From: Candidatus Eiseniibacteriota bacterium | GTDB lineage: Bacteria > Eisenbacteria > RBG-16-71-46 > CAIMUX01 > VGJL01 | Direction of reading: 5' to 3' | NCBI GenBank assembly: GCA_963792585.1 | Contig: CAWBWI010000006.1 | Span: 480,001 to 544,000, forward strand | DNA length: 64,000 nt | Shown here: positions 28,166-37,296 of the stretch, piece after piece | Position numbering within the stretch: position 1 is the first letter of the stretch | How the letters are laid out: each line of letters opens with the position of its first letter | The notes under the pieces: model-generated | What the model saw: the letters and a program-made list of their open reading frames with translations, nothing else | Database searches by the model: none | What the model was told of the DNA's origin: nothing | Program-made: the position numbers and the translations under genes

Positions 28166-31100
28166 CTACGGACCGAACGACGTGAACGGACCGGCCGGAA
28201 GCGGCGACTTCTCCCGTGCGGCGGCTACCTCATTCCACAGAGTGAGAAGCTCGACGCCCGCGAGAGGGTGCGCCCGCGGCCAGGTCGCCAACCTCAAGGC
28301 CGCCAGATCCCACCAACCTCCGTGCACGAGGGAGCGGATGAGCGCCGCGTCGATCTCCCGGTCGTCCGGATGCTCCACAAGCCACTCCTGCGCCCCCTTG
28401 CGCAGGTCGGCGTCCTTCCCTTCAGCAGCCAGCAACAGCAGATCGACCCGCTTCGCCCGCGGAACATCGGGATCGAGGATCCGAGCCGCATCGAGCCGCT
28501 TGCGCGCTCCCGCCGCGTCCCCTTTCCGCAATGCGATCTCGGCGGCCAACTCTTCGAGGACCGCCTGCTTGTCGCGGCGGTCGGCGATCTTGCGGCCGTC
28601 CTTCGGGTCCTCCGCAGGCAGGCTCTCGGTGAGCTTTGCGAACGCCTTGTCGATCGCCCCGGCGTCCGCGCTCCGCAGGAGAAGCACCACCCGCGCCGCC
28701 CGCAAGTCCCACAGGTCGTTCGGCGGCGGGGCATCCTCCGCGTCCTCGTCGACGTCCTCATCCTTGTTCACGGACTCCGGGGCCGCGCTGCGCAACGCCT
28801 CCGCCTGATCGAGGTCCATCAACACCGTTGCGCGCAGCGCATCCGGGACATCAGAGCGGGCAGCGAACAGCCGTGCGCGATCGAGGGCTCTTTCCACCAC
28901 CTCCTCGACAGCCGCGTCCGCAGAGAGGTCGAGCGGCCGCATGTCCGCCTCGATGGGCACCGTGGCCAGGACGGCGCCATCGGCATGCTTGATGCGTAGA
29001 CTGCCGCGCAGGATCCCACCTTCCTCCAGATCCTCGAAACGAAGGAAGAACCGGCGCCTTTCCCCGCCCACGAGCCGGGTGGTCGCGAGGCTGTCCGCGC
29101 CTTTCCCGAAACCGTTGACCGGATCCCGAAAGACCGTCCCGGCGATCGGTCCCGTCGGGGAAAGCCGCACGGGACTCGCCAGAGCGCCCGCCCCGTCGAA
29201 CATCCGTCCTCCGCGCGCCCAGATCGAGAAGACGATCCGGAATGTCCCCGCGCGCGGGGCGGTGAAGATCGTCCTCGGTTCAGTCAGATAGCCGTTGGCG
29301 ACCTCGCATCCGGAATCGTCATAGACACGGAAGATCGCGTCGTCGAGAAAGTCCTCGAGCTCCGGAGATGTGCGCAGATCGAACTCGATCGTCTCCCCGT
29401 CGTCGACTGATAGATAGGCGTTCCCCTCCTGAATCAGCGACGGAATCTCGTTGAGGGGGAATGGGAGGAGGGTGTCGGGACGCACCTGCCACTCGACGTC
29501 GATGGGCTCTACCGCGCGGTCGAGAGATGCTTCGAACGAGACGGTGGATGCCCATGTGGGTGCCATCACGACGACCCCGACGCCCGGGCGCCCGGCGGGC
29601 ACGCGCAGGGACGGCTCGCCGGCGACGGTGACGCCGGCGAACTCGAGGCGATAGTCGAGGCGTCCGGGGCGGTTGTCGTGCCACCGACTGAAGACCGCCA
29701 GCTCCAGCACGTCGCCGCCTAGAACGCCCGTATCGAGGCGCCCTTCCTGTCCTGCGGCGAGGACGAAGCGCCGCTCGGTTCCCCGATCCCCCGGAGGACG
29801 CACAAGATCCGGCGCCGACAGTGCGATCTCGTAGCCGTTCGCCGGGTTCGCGAGCATCTCGCGTACGGTCAGGCGCGCGATCGTCGCCCCCTGCGGCACG
29901 CGGAAGAAGGCGCTGCGCCGATCGCCGCGCGTGAAGACCATCGTTCCCTCCGCGATGGGGCGGCGCGCGTCGACATCCTCCGGCTTGATCACGGTGGCGA
30001 CGAGCTCGAACTCCGTCCCCGCCTCCGGGTGCGCGACATCGCGCGCGACGATCCGGCCCACATTAAGGCCGGGCTGCATGAGGGCGGGATCGATCCGCAC
30101 GGAGATTCCAGCGCCGCTCGACGCGAGCGAAACCTGCGGCGGCGCCTGCATCCAGTTGGTCTCGCTCACGAGCTTCACGATCCTCAGGAAGTCCGCTCGC
30201 ACGCCCTGGAGCGAGTCACTCGGGAAATCCGGGCGCACCGTGTAATCCACGCGGTAGGGGGCCCGCTCGCGGAGGTCGCGCTCGTAATAGCCCCCGCCGA
30301 TGCCGGTCGCGTTGTGCACCCTCACGATGTATCCGACGACGGGATGCTCCGCGCCCCGATCATGCGGGGTGCGGGAGAGGACGACCTTCGTCGGATACGT
30401 GGCCGCGAGGCTGCCGCAGGCATCGAGCGTCGCCAGCGCCTGCGGCATGCCGCCCCCCTGCTCGATCACGGGGATCCCCTCGAGCCTGCGGGCGCCGACG
30501 CGCATCGCGCGGCGCAGCCGGTCGGGGGTGACCGGAATCCCCATCTGCCGTGCATGCGGAGAGGATCAGCGCGCAGAAGCCCGCCCCCTGCGGGCTCGCC
30601 ATGCTCGTCCCGTTCCACGATTCGCTCTTCACGAGCATCCAGGTCGGCAGGGTCGATAGCGCCGCGCCGGGGGAGATGAAGTCGATCCCCGGATCGCCGT
30701 CGAGCAACGGTCCGCGCGAGCTGAACTGGAACATGTCGTCGCGCCGCGGCTCGAGCGAACCGTAGTTCGTCTGCTGCGTCTTCGTCGAGACAGCCGCGCC
30801 CCAGCCGAAGATGCGCCGCGCGGTGCCGGGCGCGCCGATCGTCGAAAGGGCGGGCCCCGAGTTGCCGGCGCTCGAGCAGACGATGACGCCGGTCCGTTCG
30901 ACGAGCTCGTCGAGAAACGCGCGACGTCTTCGTTGCCGTCGTCGAAGAACGTGTCGCCGCCGAAGGAGATGTTGATCACGTCGGCGCCCTGGTCGACGGC
31001 CCACTGCGCCGCCTTGAGGATGCTGTTGTGCGAGGTCGAGCCTCCCATCCGACCGTTGCCGACCTTCCCCGCGAGAAACCGGAAACCAGGCGCAAGGCCG

Positions 31101-32000
31101 TTCAACGGATCGTTTGGACCGTAGTAGCCGCCCACGATCCCCGCGACGTGCGTCCCGTGCCCTCCCTCGTCGAAGAAGAGGAAGAGCGAGGACCCGTCGG
31201 GCGCGATCCGCTCGAGCGCGACCGCGAAGTGCACGGGATCAGGGAAGCGGGCGATGTCCTGCGTTCGCGGTACGGATGAAGCGGCGTCTCCTCCGCGAGG
31301 TCGCCGTCGCCGTCCGTGTCGATCCGGACTTCCCACTGCGCCCCGCTTGCGAAGCGGCGACGTCGAAGCGATCGCCGGGATCCTCGTCCTCGTCGAGGAG
31401 CGACTCGAAGGCCTCGCGCAGCGCGTCGGTGCGATCACCCGAGCGGTCCGCGTCGGTCGCCTCCCAGCGCTCGCGCTCGCGGCGCCACGCTTCCTTCCGC
31501 TCCGCCGCTCGTCGCCCGGCGAGCCCGCCGGGGAAGCATTCCCGATCGACGATCAGACCGAGGCGGACGTTCGTGCCGTGCCGAGATCGGCGGGAAACTT
31601 CAGCGATCGGCCCGTCAGGCCGCGCAGGCGCGCGTCCCCGCGTTCGCTCTGATCGGCAGGGCCAGGAAGCCGTCGTCCGTGCCGTCGAAGACGTCGATGA
31701 TCTTCGCTTCCCCGTGGAGGTCGTCTGCAGGGCCGGATGCTCGAGGTCGATGCCCGTGTCGAGGATCGCGACGACGATCCCTCGGCCGTCGGCGTCGGGA
31801 TGCTCCTTGAGGAAGGCGAGCACCCCGAGGTCCTCCTTCGGCAGGAAGCCCTGCAGGAGGCTCGCGTCGTCGGCGGGAGCGGGTGCCGCCGGGCGGGCCG
31901 GGGCGGCGGAGAAGGCACGGGACGGGGCAATTCCGGCGCATGCGAGGAAATCCAACCCGTTGAGGTCAAGATAAGCAGGGCAAGAAGACGAATCTCACAG
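28166..32000 (-). pseudogene. Tripeptidyl-peptidase II-like S8 subtilase, split by several frameshifts in its 5' ~1.5 kb (pseudogene or consensus errors); 5' end approximate
   Basis: Motifs spread over different frames: GFLPKEDLG...DGRGIVVAILDTGID, KIIDVFDGTDDG, GHGTHVAGI, SSAGNSGPALSTIGAPG, SSRGP, NGTSMASP. The intact 3' ORF 28166..30544 carries ISVRIDP and FFRVPQGATIARL. Confidence 0.8.
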
Positions 32001-32215
32001 GGTTCCCCTCTCTCCATACGCGCCGATATAGGCCCGGGCGCGAACTCGGGAGAGGATAGCACTTTCGCCCTGAGAACATTTTCGCTAACCTGACATGGTG
32101 TCAGGTCCCGCCGAGCGCGGGGCGATCGGCCGGTCCACTCGACCGGAAGATCGTGGGATGTTGGGACGGGAACGGGCTCCGACCCTGCGGGTCGTCCCGA
32201 GAGGAGTGCCAAGCC

Positions 32216-32521
32216 ATGGCGCACGTCGTCACCGAGAACTGCCACATGTGCCGTTTCACCGATTGTGTCGTCGGCTGCCCCACGGACAGCTTCCATGGGG
32301 ACGACGAGATGCTCTACATCGACCCGAACGAGTGCATGGACTGCGCCGCGTGCGCTCCGGCTTGTCCCGTCGAGGCGATCTTCGCGGAAGAGGATTGCCC
32401 CGAGGACCAGAAGAAGTGGATCGCGATCAACGCGGACCGGGCGCCGGGCCTTCCCGTCGTCAACGAGAAGCAGGATCCGCTGCCCACAGCGGAAGCCAAG
32501 AAAGTCAAGCTCGGTCTCTAG
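32216..32521 (+). CDS. fdxA: 7Fe-type ([3Fe-4S]+[4Fe-4S]) ferredoxin, copy 1
   Basis: CHMCRFTDCVVGCP...IDPNECMDCAACAPACPVEAI; GAGGAG RBS. Confidence 0.9.
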   Translation: MAHVVTENCHMCRFTDCVVGCPTDSFHGDDEMLYIDPNECMDCAACAPACPVEAIFAEEDCPEDQKKWIAINADRAPGLPVVNEKQDPLPTAEAKKVKLGL

Positions 32522-32574
32522 ACGACTGCGTGCACGACCGGGCCCGATCGGCCGATACAGAGGAGTGGGGATTC

Positions 32575-32880
32575 ATGTCCTATATCGTGACCGATAACTG
32601 CCACATGTGCCGCTTTACCGATTGCGTGACCGTTTGCCCCGTAGATTGTTTCCACGGGGACGATGAGATGCTGTACATCGACCCCAATGAGTGCATCGAC
32701 TGCGGCGCGTGCGTTCCGGTCTGCCCCGTCGAAGCCATCTTCGCTCTCGAGGACGTCCCCGAAGATCAGAAGAAGTGGGTCGAGATCAATGCCGAGAAGT
32801 CTCCCGGCCTCCCGGTCGTGAATACGAAGGTCGATCCGCTGCCGACGGCGGAGGAGAAGAAGAAGAAACTCGGATTATAG
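32575..32880 (+). CDS. fdxA: 7Fe-type ferredoxin, copy 2
   Basis: CHMCRFTDCVTVCPVDCF...CIDCGACVPVCPVEAI; same length as copy 1. Confidence 0.9.
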   Translation: MSYIVTDNCHMCRFTDCVTVCPVDCFHGDDEMLYIDPNECIDCGACVPVCPVEAIFALEDVPEDQKKWVEINAEKSPGLPVVNTKVDPLPTAEEKKKKLGL

Positions 32881-32916
32881 ATGTAACCAACGGCAAGGGC
32901 CGGAGGTTTATACGGG

Positions 32917-32944
32917 CGGGCGGGACGCAAGTCCTGCCCGTTTT
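32917..32944 (+). terminator. Putative intrinsic terminator after the ferredoxin pair
   Basis: Stem cgggcgggac-GCAA-gtcctgcccg followed by TTTT. Confidence 0.7.
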
Positions 32945-33038
32945 GTATACGCCCAATTTCCTCTCGACGCGGGAGCCGCCTCTCCGTTGCGCGACCGCCG
33001 GCCTTCATCGATACTCGTCAGAGGAGTGATTCGCGATC

Positions 33039-34520
33039 ATGGATGAGGCCGCGGGCCGGCGACACGAGGCAGGCGCATCTCCGCCGCGAGGGGAATGGGG
33101 CGCCCCCCTGCTCCTCCTGGCGATCTATCTCGCCAGCCGCGCCTTCATGATCCGAGATCTTCCCCGCCCGTTCTGCGACGAAGGATTCTGGACCTGGGCC
33201 GTGGTGCTCTGGCAGCGCACGGGCCATTGGATGTTGCTCCCGGAGTTGCCCCATCTCGTCCTGAGTCCCGTCAACAGCCTGCTCTGGATTCTCTGGTCGC
33301 AACTTGTCCCCCTCAACATCCTCACGGGACGATTTCTCGTCGTCTTGCTCGGCGCGGGCACGTTGTTGCTGACCTACGCCGCCGCTCGACGATCCTGGGG
33401 GCGACGCATCGCGCTCCTCACGACGCTCCCCTTCGTCTTCGGCTCGTACTATTTCGGATTCGCGCGTTCGATTCACCTCGAACCGATCGTCATCTTCTGG
33501 TGCGCGCTCGCCTGGTTCTTCTGGGTCCGCCCGGGACGTGCGTGCGCTTCGCTCGCCGGGCTCGCGGCGGGGTTCGCCCTGGCCACCAAGGTCTCGGGCG
33601 GGATCGTTCTCATCGCAATCCTCGCGGATGCGTTTCGGCGGAGGCAGGGGACGATCTCCGGGGGAACACCGCGCACACGCGGGATCATGGTGCTCGCTGC
33701 CGCGTCGATCTGCGCCGTATGCCTCTACGGGGCGTTCGCGATCTGGACGGGACCTTTCTTCTGGAACGCCTGGAGAGACTATCGCGCGATCAACACCCAG
33801 GGCACCAACTGGGGGATCCTGCTGCAATCGGGAACCAGCTTCGTCGCCCGACAGCCGCTCCTGATCGTGGGCTCCCTGATCGGCCTTCTCTGCGCCCGGC
33901 GTTCCGGCCGGGATGTCTTCTTCCCGCTCGCATGGTTGATCGCGGGCATCCTCCTGACGGTTGCCACGCGCGCCCTCGGCCACTGGCGGCTCTTCGTCTT
34001 CTTTCCGCCCCTCTGCGTGTTCTTCGCGTTCGGCCTCGAGGCGGCAGCGGCGCGGGCGCGGCGGGTCCTCCCTTCCGTGAGCCGGCCGCTCGCGGTCATC
34101 GCCGGCGTCTGGATCGTCGCTGAGATGGGCGCTTTCGTGGGTTACCACCACTTCGTGGTCAAGGACCGGGACGCCCTGTTCCGCCTGGCCGAGGAGACGG
34201 AGCGTTCCGTACCCCGAGACCAAAGCGTTGTTTCGCATCCGCTACTCTCCTTGGTCGTCGATCGCCAAGTCGTCCCGTTCTTCGGATTCGAACGCTCCAT
34301 CCGTGAGCGTGGTTCGGAGTCCCCCGCCGAAGAGGGCAAGATCGGGGCAATCGTCTTCTTCGACGCGATCGGGGGAATCACGCCGTGGAAATGGAACTGG
34401 ATGGAGGACCCGCTCACGGGCGCGTGGACGCGGGAGCATTTCGAGAGCGTTACGGTCAGTGATCGTGGTGATATCTGGGTTCGAAAGGACCCCGCGCGCG
34501 AGCGTCGGCCGGCGCGATGA
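33039..34520 (+). CDS. GT39/ArnT-like membrane glycosyltransferase
   Basis: CDEGFW after TM1; many TMs; LAAGFALATK motif. Confidence 0.7.
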   Translation: MDEAAGRRHEAGASPPRGEWGAPLLLLAIYLASRAFMIRDLPRPFCDEGFWTWAVVLWQRTGHWMLLPELPHLVLSPVNSLLWILWSQLVPLNILTGRFLVVLLGAGTLLLTYAAARRSWGRRIALLTTLPFVFGSYYFGFARSIHLEPIVIFWCALAWFFWVRPGRACASLAGLAAGFALATKVSGGIVLIAILADAFRRRQGTISGGTPRTRGIMVLAAASICAVCLYGAFAIWTGPFFWNAWRDYRAINTQGTNWGILLQSGTSFVARQPLLIVGSLIGLLCARRSGRDVFFPLAWLIAGILLTVATRALGHWRLFVFFPPLCVFFAFGLEAAAARARRVLPSVSRPLAVIAGVWIVAEMGAFVGYHHFVVKDRDALFRLAEETERSVPRDQSVVSHPLLSLVVDRQVVPFFGFERSIRERGSESPAEEGKIGAIVFFDAIGGITPWKWNWMEDPLTGAWTREHFESVTVSDRGDIWVRKDPARERRPAR

Positions 34521-34594
34521 ACACCGCGATCCGCGATCGGCCCTCACCGTTCTCCGGCGATCCCATCCCGCGGAGATCCTTCCGCGACGCGACG

Positions 34595-35179
34595 CTACCT
34601 CAGGATCGGCGTTCCCAATGGTAGAATGGGCCTGCGAAAGGCTTCATTCGTGACCTCGGCGAAGGACACGTACATCGCCGTCAAGCCGCAGACGAGACCC
34701 ACCCAACCACCGAGCTTTCCGGTTCCGAAGCCGAAGTCGCCGCCCGCCAAGAGAAAGAACGTGATCCACAGCAGCAGGAACACGCTCCAGAGGGCGAAGT
34801 TCGACCGAAAGGTCGAGATCCACATGTAGAGCGTGAAGATCCCCCACATCAGGAGCGTGACCCCGATGCTGACGGGCGTTGGCGCGGCGATCAGCTTCGC
34901 GCCGACCGTCCAGTGGAGGAACGCGAACCACCACCAGAAGAGGCCGTATGCCGTGAAGGCGACGGTCCCGAAGGTGTTGCCGTTTCGAAACTCCATGAAT
35001 CCCGCGAAGATCTGCGCGAGTCCTCCGAAGGCGAAGGCGAGCGGCACGACCGCGGGGAGAGCATCCTTCGGCAGGACACCGGCGTTGATGAGACTCAGAA
35101 CGACAGTCGTCAGCCCGAAGCCGACGAGACCCAATGGCGCAGGATTTGCGGGGGTCGGTGCATGAGCGGCCACGATCAT
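34595..35179 (-). CDS. satP: Acetate/succinate uptake transporter (SatP/GPR1/FUN34/YaaH family)
   Basis: ANPAPLGLVGFGLTT, FGGLAQ and GNTFGTVAFTAYGLFW motifs; 6 TMs. Confidence 0.9.
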   Translation of the reverse strand: MIVAAHAPTPANPAPLGLVGFGLTTVVLSLINAGVLPKDALPAVVPLAFAFGGLAQIFAGFMEFRNGNTFGTVAFTAYGLFWWWFAFLHWTVGAKLIAAPTPVSIGVTLLMWGIFTLYMWISTFRSNFALWSVFLLLWITFFLLAGGDFGFGTGKLGGWVGLVCGLTAMYVSFAEVTNEAFRRPILPLGTPILR

Positions 35180-35341
35180 TCACCTCCGGATGATGGTTGT
35201 CGCGCGAGCCCGCGGGTAAACGGGCAAGAAGCGCCGGTAACATACCATCACGCGGGCGGGCGGCCAAAGGAAGAAGACGACAACCCATTTCGGGCGACGC
35301 ATCCAGAGGGGATCTCAGCGCACGTGGGGCGTGGCGGGTCT

Positions 35342-35716
35342 TCAGCTCTTCCTGACAACCTCGCAGAAGTAGAGATCATTTCCGTCCGGGTCCTGGAAGC
35401 CGACCAGACGAATCCCCGCCATCTCGTCCGCGCGGATCGGACCGCGGAACTTCACGCCGCGCCCCTCCAGCGTCGCCACGATCCCGTCGAGGGGCTCATC
35501 GACGTTGAAGCCGATGGAGATCGTTCCGGCGCCCGGCGCGGCCGGAGCATCCTGCTTGCTCGGGTGAAGCCCGAGGACGAGTCCATCCCCCGCATCGACT
35601 TCGGCCCAGTGATCGCCGTAGCGCGCTTTCAGATTCAGGCCCAGGGTCTCCGAGTAGAAACGGACCGCACGATCCATATCGGAGACGTAGAGCGTGGGAA
35701 TGCCGCCTTTGATCAT
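35342..35716 (-). CDS. VOC/glyoxalase family protein
   Basis: LYVSDMDRAVRFYSETLGL and FQDPDGN motifs. Confidence 0.88.
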   Translation of the reverse strand: MIKGGIPTLYVSDMDRAVRFYSETLGLNLKARYGDHWAEVDAGDGLVLGLHPSKQDAPAAPGAGTISIGFNVDEPLDGIVATLEGRGVKFRGPIRADEMAGIRLVGFQDPDGNDLYFCEVVRKS

Positions 35717-35850
35717 GGATGGATCCTCCAGGTCAACGATGCCGGGACGATGCCTGCGGCCGGACGGAGCAACGGACGAGCCTAGGAGCGCAGAAGCGTC
35801 CGGTCAATCGCCACCGCGCGAAGCGGCATCGAGAGAATGCGATTCCGCGC

Positions 35851-35908
35851 TTGACGATCCTGCCGGTCCCATCCTAGAGTGCCCAGTTGCTTCTGAGACC
35901 CAGTCTCA
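35851..35908 (+). promoter_or_regulatory. Putative promoter plus Fur-like palindromic operator
   Basis: TTGACG-18 bp-TAGAGT at 35851-35880, then the 15-bp inverted repeat TGAGAC-CCA-GTCTCA at 35894-35908. Confidence 0.5.
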
Positions 35909-36035
35909 ATAATGACGGCTATGTGTCGGGCTGCGTCGCGGGCGCGCGGGCATCGTGGATCGACCGCCTTGCGCCCGGAGACGGACCGGCCCCGCTCCTG
36001 GGGACCGGAAGATGTACGCAAAGGAGGAACGCATC

Positions 36036-36839
36036 GTGTCACGCGCCGGTATCTGGATCCCGTTCACCCTCGCGGTCGCAATCATTCTCAGTCTCCTACC
36101 GCTCCCCGCGCGGGCGACCGAGCGGCGGTTCGGCTATGTCTACGGGTCAAGTGTCCTCAATCGGGGCTCGGTCGAGTTCGAGCCGTGGACGACCCTCCGT
36201 CTCGGGCGCGCCGATTTCTACCGGCGCCTCGACCACCGTCTCGAGTTCGAGGCGGGCGTGACCGACCGGCTCCAGATGGCCTGGTATCTGAAGTGGACTG
36301 CCAAGAACGAGCAGGTGGACACGGGGCGCTCATCCAGCTTCGAGTGGACCGGAGTCTCGTGGGAGTGGAAGTACAAGCTGACCGACCCCGTGGCCGATCC
36401 CGTTGGATTCGCCCTCTACTTCGAGCCCGGGTTCGGGCCGACGGAGGCGGAGGTCGAGGGAAAGGTCATCCTCGACTCACGCAGGGGCCAATGGTACACG
36501 GCGTTCAATGCAGGCGCCGAGCACGAGTGGGAGTTCGCGGAGGACGAGACGGAGCGCGAGGTCGCGCTGGAGGCCGACCTCGGCATCGCCTACTACCTCA
36601 CGCCCGGCCTATCGACAGGAATCGAAGTCCGCAATCACAACGCGATCCCTTCGGGTGAGGGCCTGGAATCCTCGGCGCTCTTCGCCGGCCCCGTGCTGAG
36701 CTACGCAGCGGAGTCGTGGTGGACGACGATCACGATCCTGCCGCAGATCGCCGCGCTCAAAGGGGAGACGAAGGACGGCCTCGTCCTCGATGGACACGAG
36801 AGGATCGAGGTGCGCGTCCTCCTCGGCTTCGATCTGTGA
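36036..36839 (+). CDS. Putative outer-membrane beta-barrel protein (DUF6662-like)
   Basis: GTG after AAGGAGG; signal peptide; FGYVY, EFEPWTT, RLEFEAGVTDRLQ; ends RVLLGFDL. Confidence 0.65.
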   Translation: MSRAGIWIPFTLAVAIILSLLPLPARATERRFGYVYGSSVLNRGSVEFEPWTTLRLGRADFYRRLDHRLEFEAGVTDRLQMAWYLKWTAKNEQVDTGRSSSFEWTGVSWEWKYKLTDPVADPVGFALYFEPGFGPTEAEVEGKVILDSRRGQWYTAFNAGAEHEWEFAEDETEREVALEADLGIAYYLTPGLSTGIEVRNHNAIPSGEGLESSALFAGPVLSYAAESWWTTITILPQIAALKGETKDGLVLDGHERIEVRVLLGFDL

Positions 36840-37246
36840 GAGGAGCGGTCTCGGTTAAGGAGCGGGCGGCTCGGTATGCTCTGCTCGCGGGCGCGATCGT
36901 CCTTCCGCTCATCGTCGCATGCGCCTCGGCACGGCTGGCTCCCACGCCAGGCGACGTCGTATGGGCCGCCGCCCGGTGGCCGGGGACGACGGCGGCCGAT
37001 CTCGACGCCGGCTATTCCGTCTACCGAAGGCGCTGCGCCGGCTGTCATCACCTTCCCCTCCCCTCGGCTCAGGCTCCGGAGAAGTGGCGCCGCACGATGA
37101 TCGAGATGACGCCGAAGGCGCGGCTGACATCTGCGGAGCACGAGATCGTCCTTCGATATCTCCTGTCGGTCCAGGCTCGGGAGGAAGCCGGCGCCCCGAA
37201 TCCGGATTCTTCGACGGGCGGCGCGCTGGAGCGCGTCCGCCCTTGA
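36836..37246 (+). CDS. Monoheme c-type cytochrome, probable lipoprotein
   Basis: GTGA overlap with the previous stop; lipobox-like IVAC; CAGCH heme motif; candidate distal Met in WRRTMIEM. Confidence 0.75.
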   Translation: MRGAVSVKERAARYALLAGAIVLPLIVACASARLAPTPGDVVWAAARWPGTTAADLDAGYSVYRRRCAGCHHLPLPSAQAPEKWRRTMIEMTPKARLTSAEHEIVLRYLLSVQAREEAGAPNPDSSTGGALERVRP

Positions 37247-37296
37247 TCCTCGCGGCATCCTCGCGGGCGGTGGAAGCCCGCGGCGCGGCCCATCGG

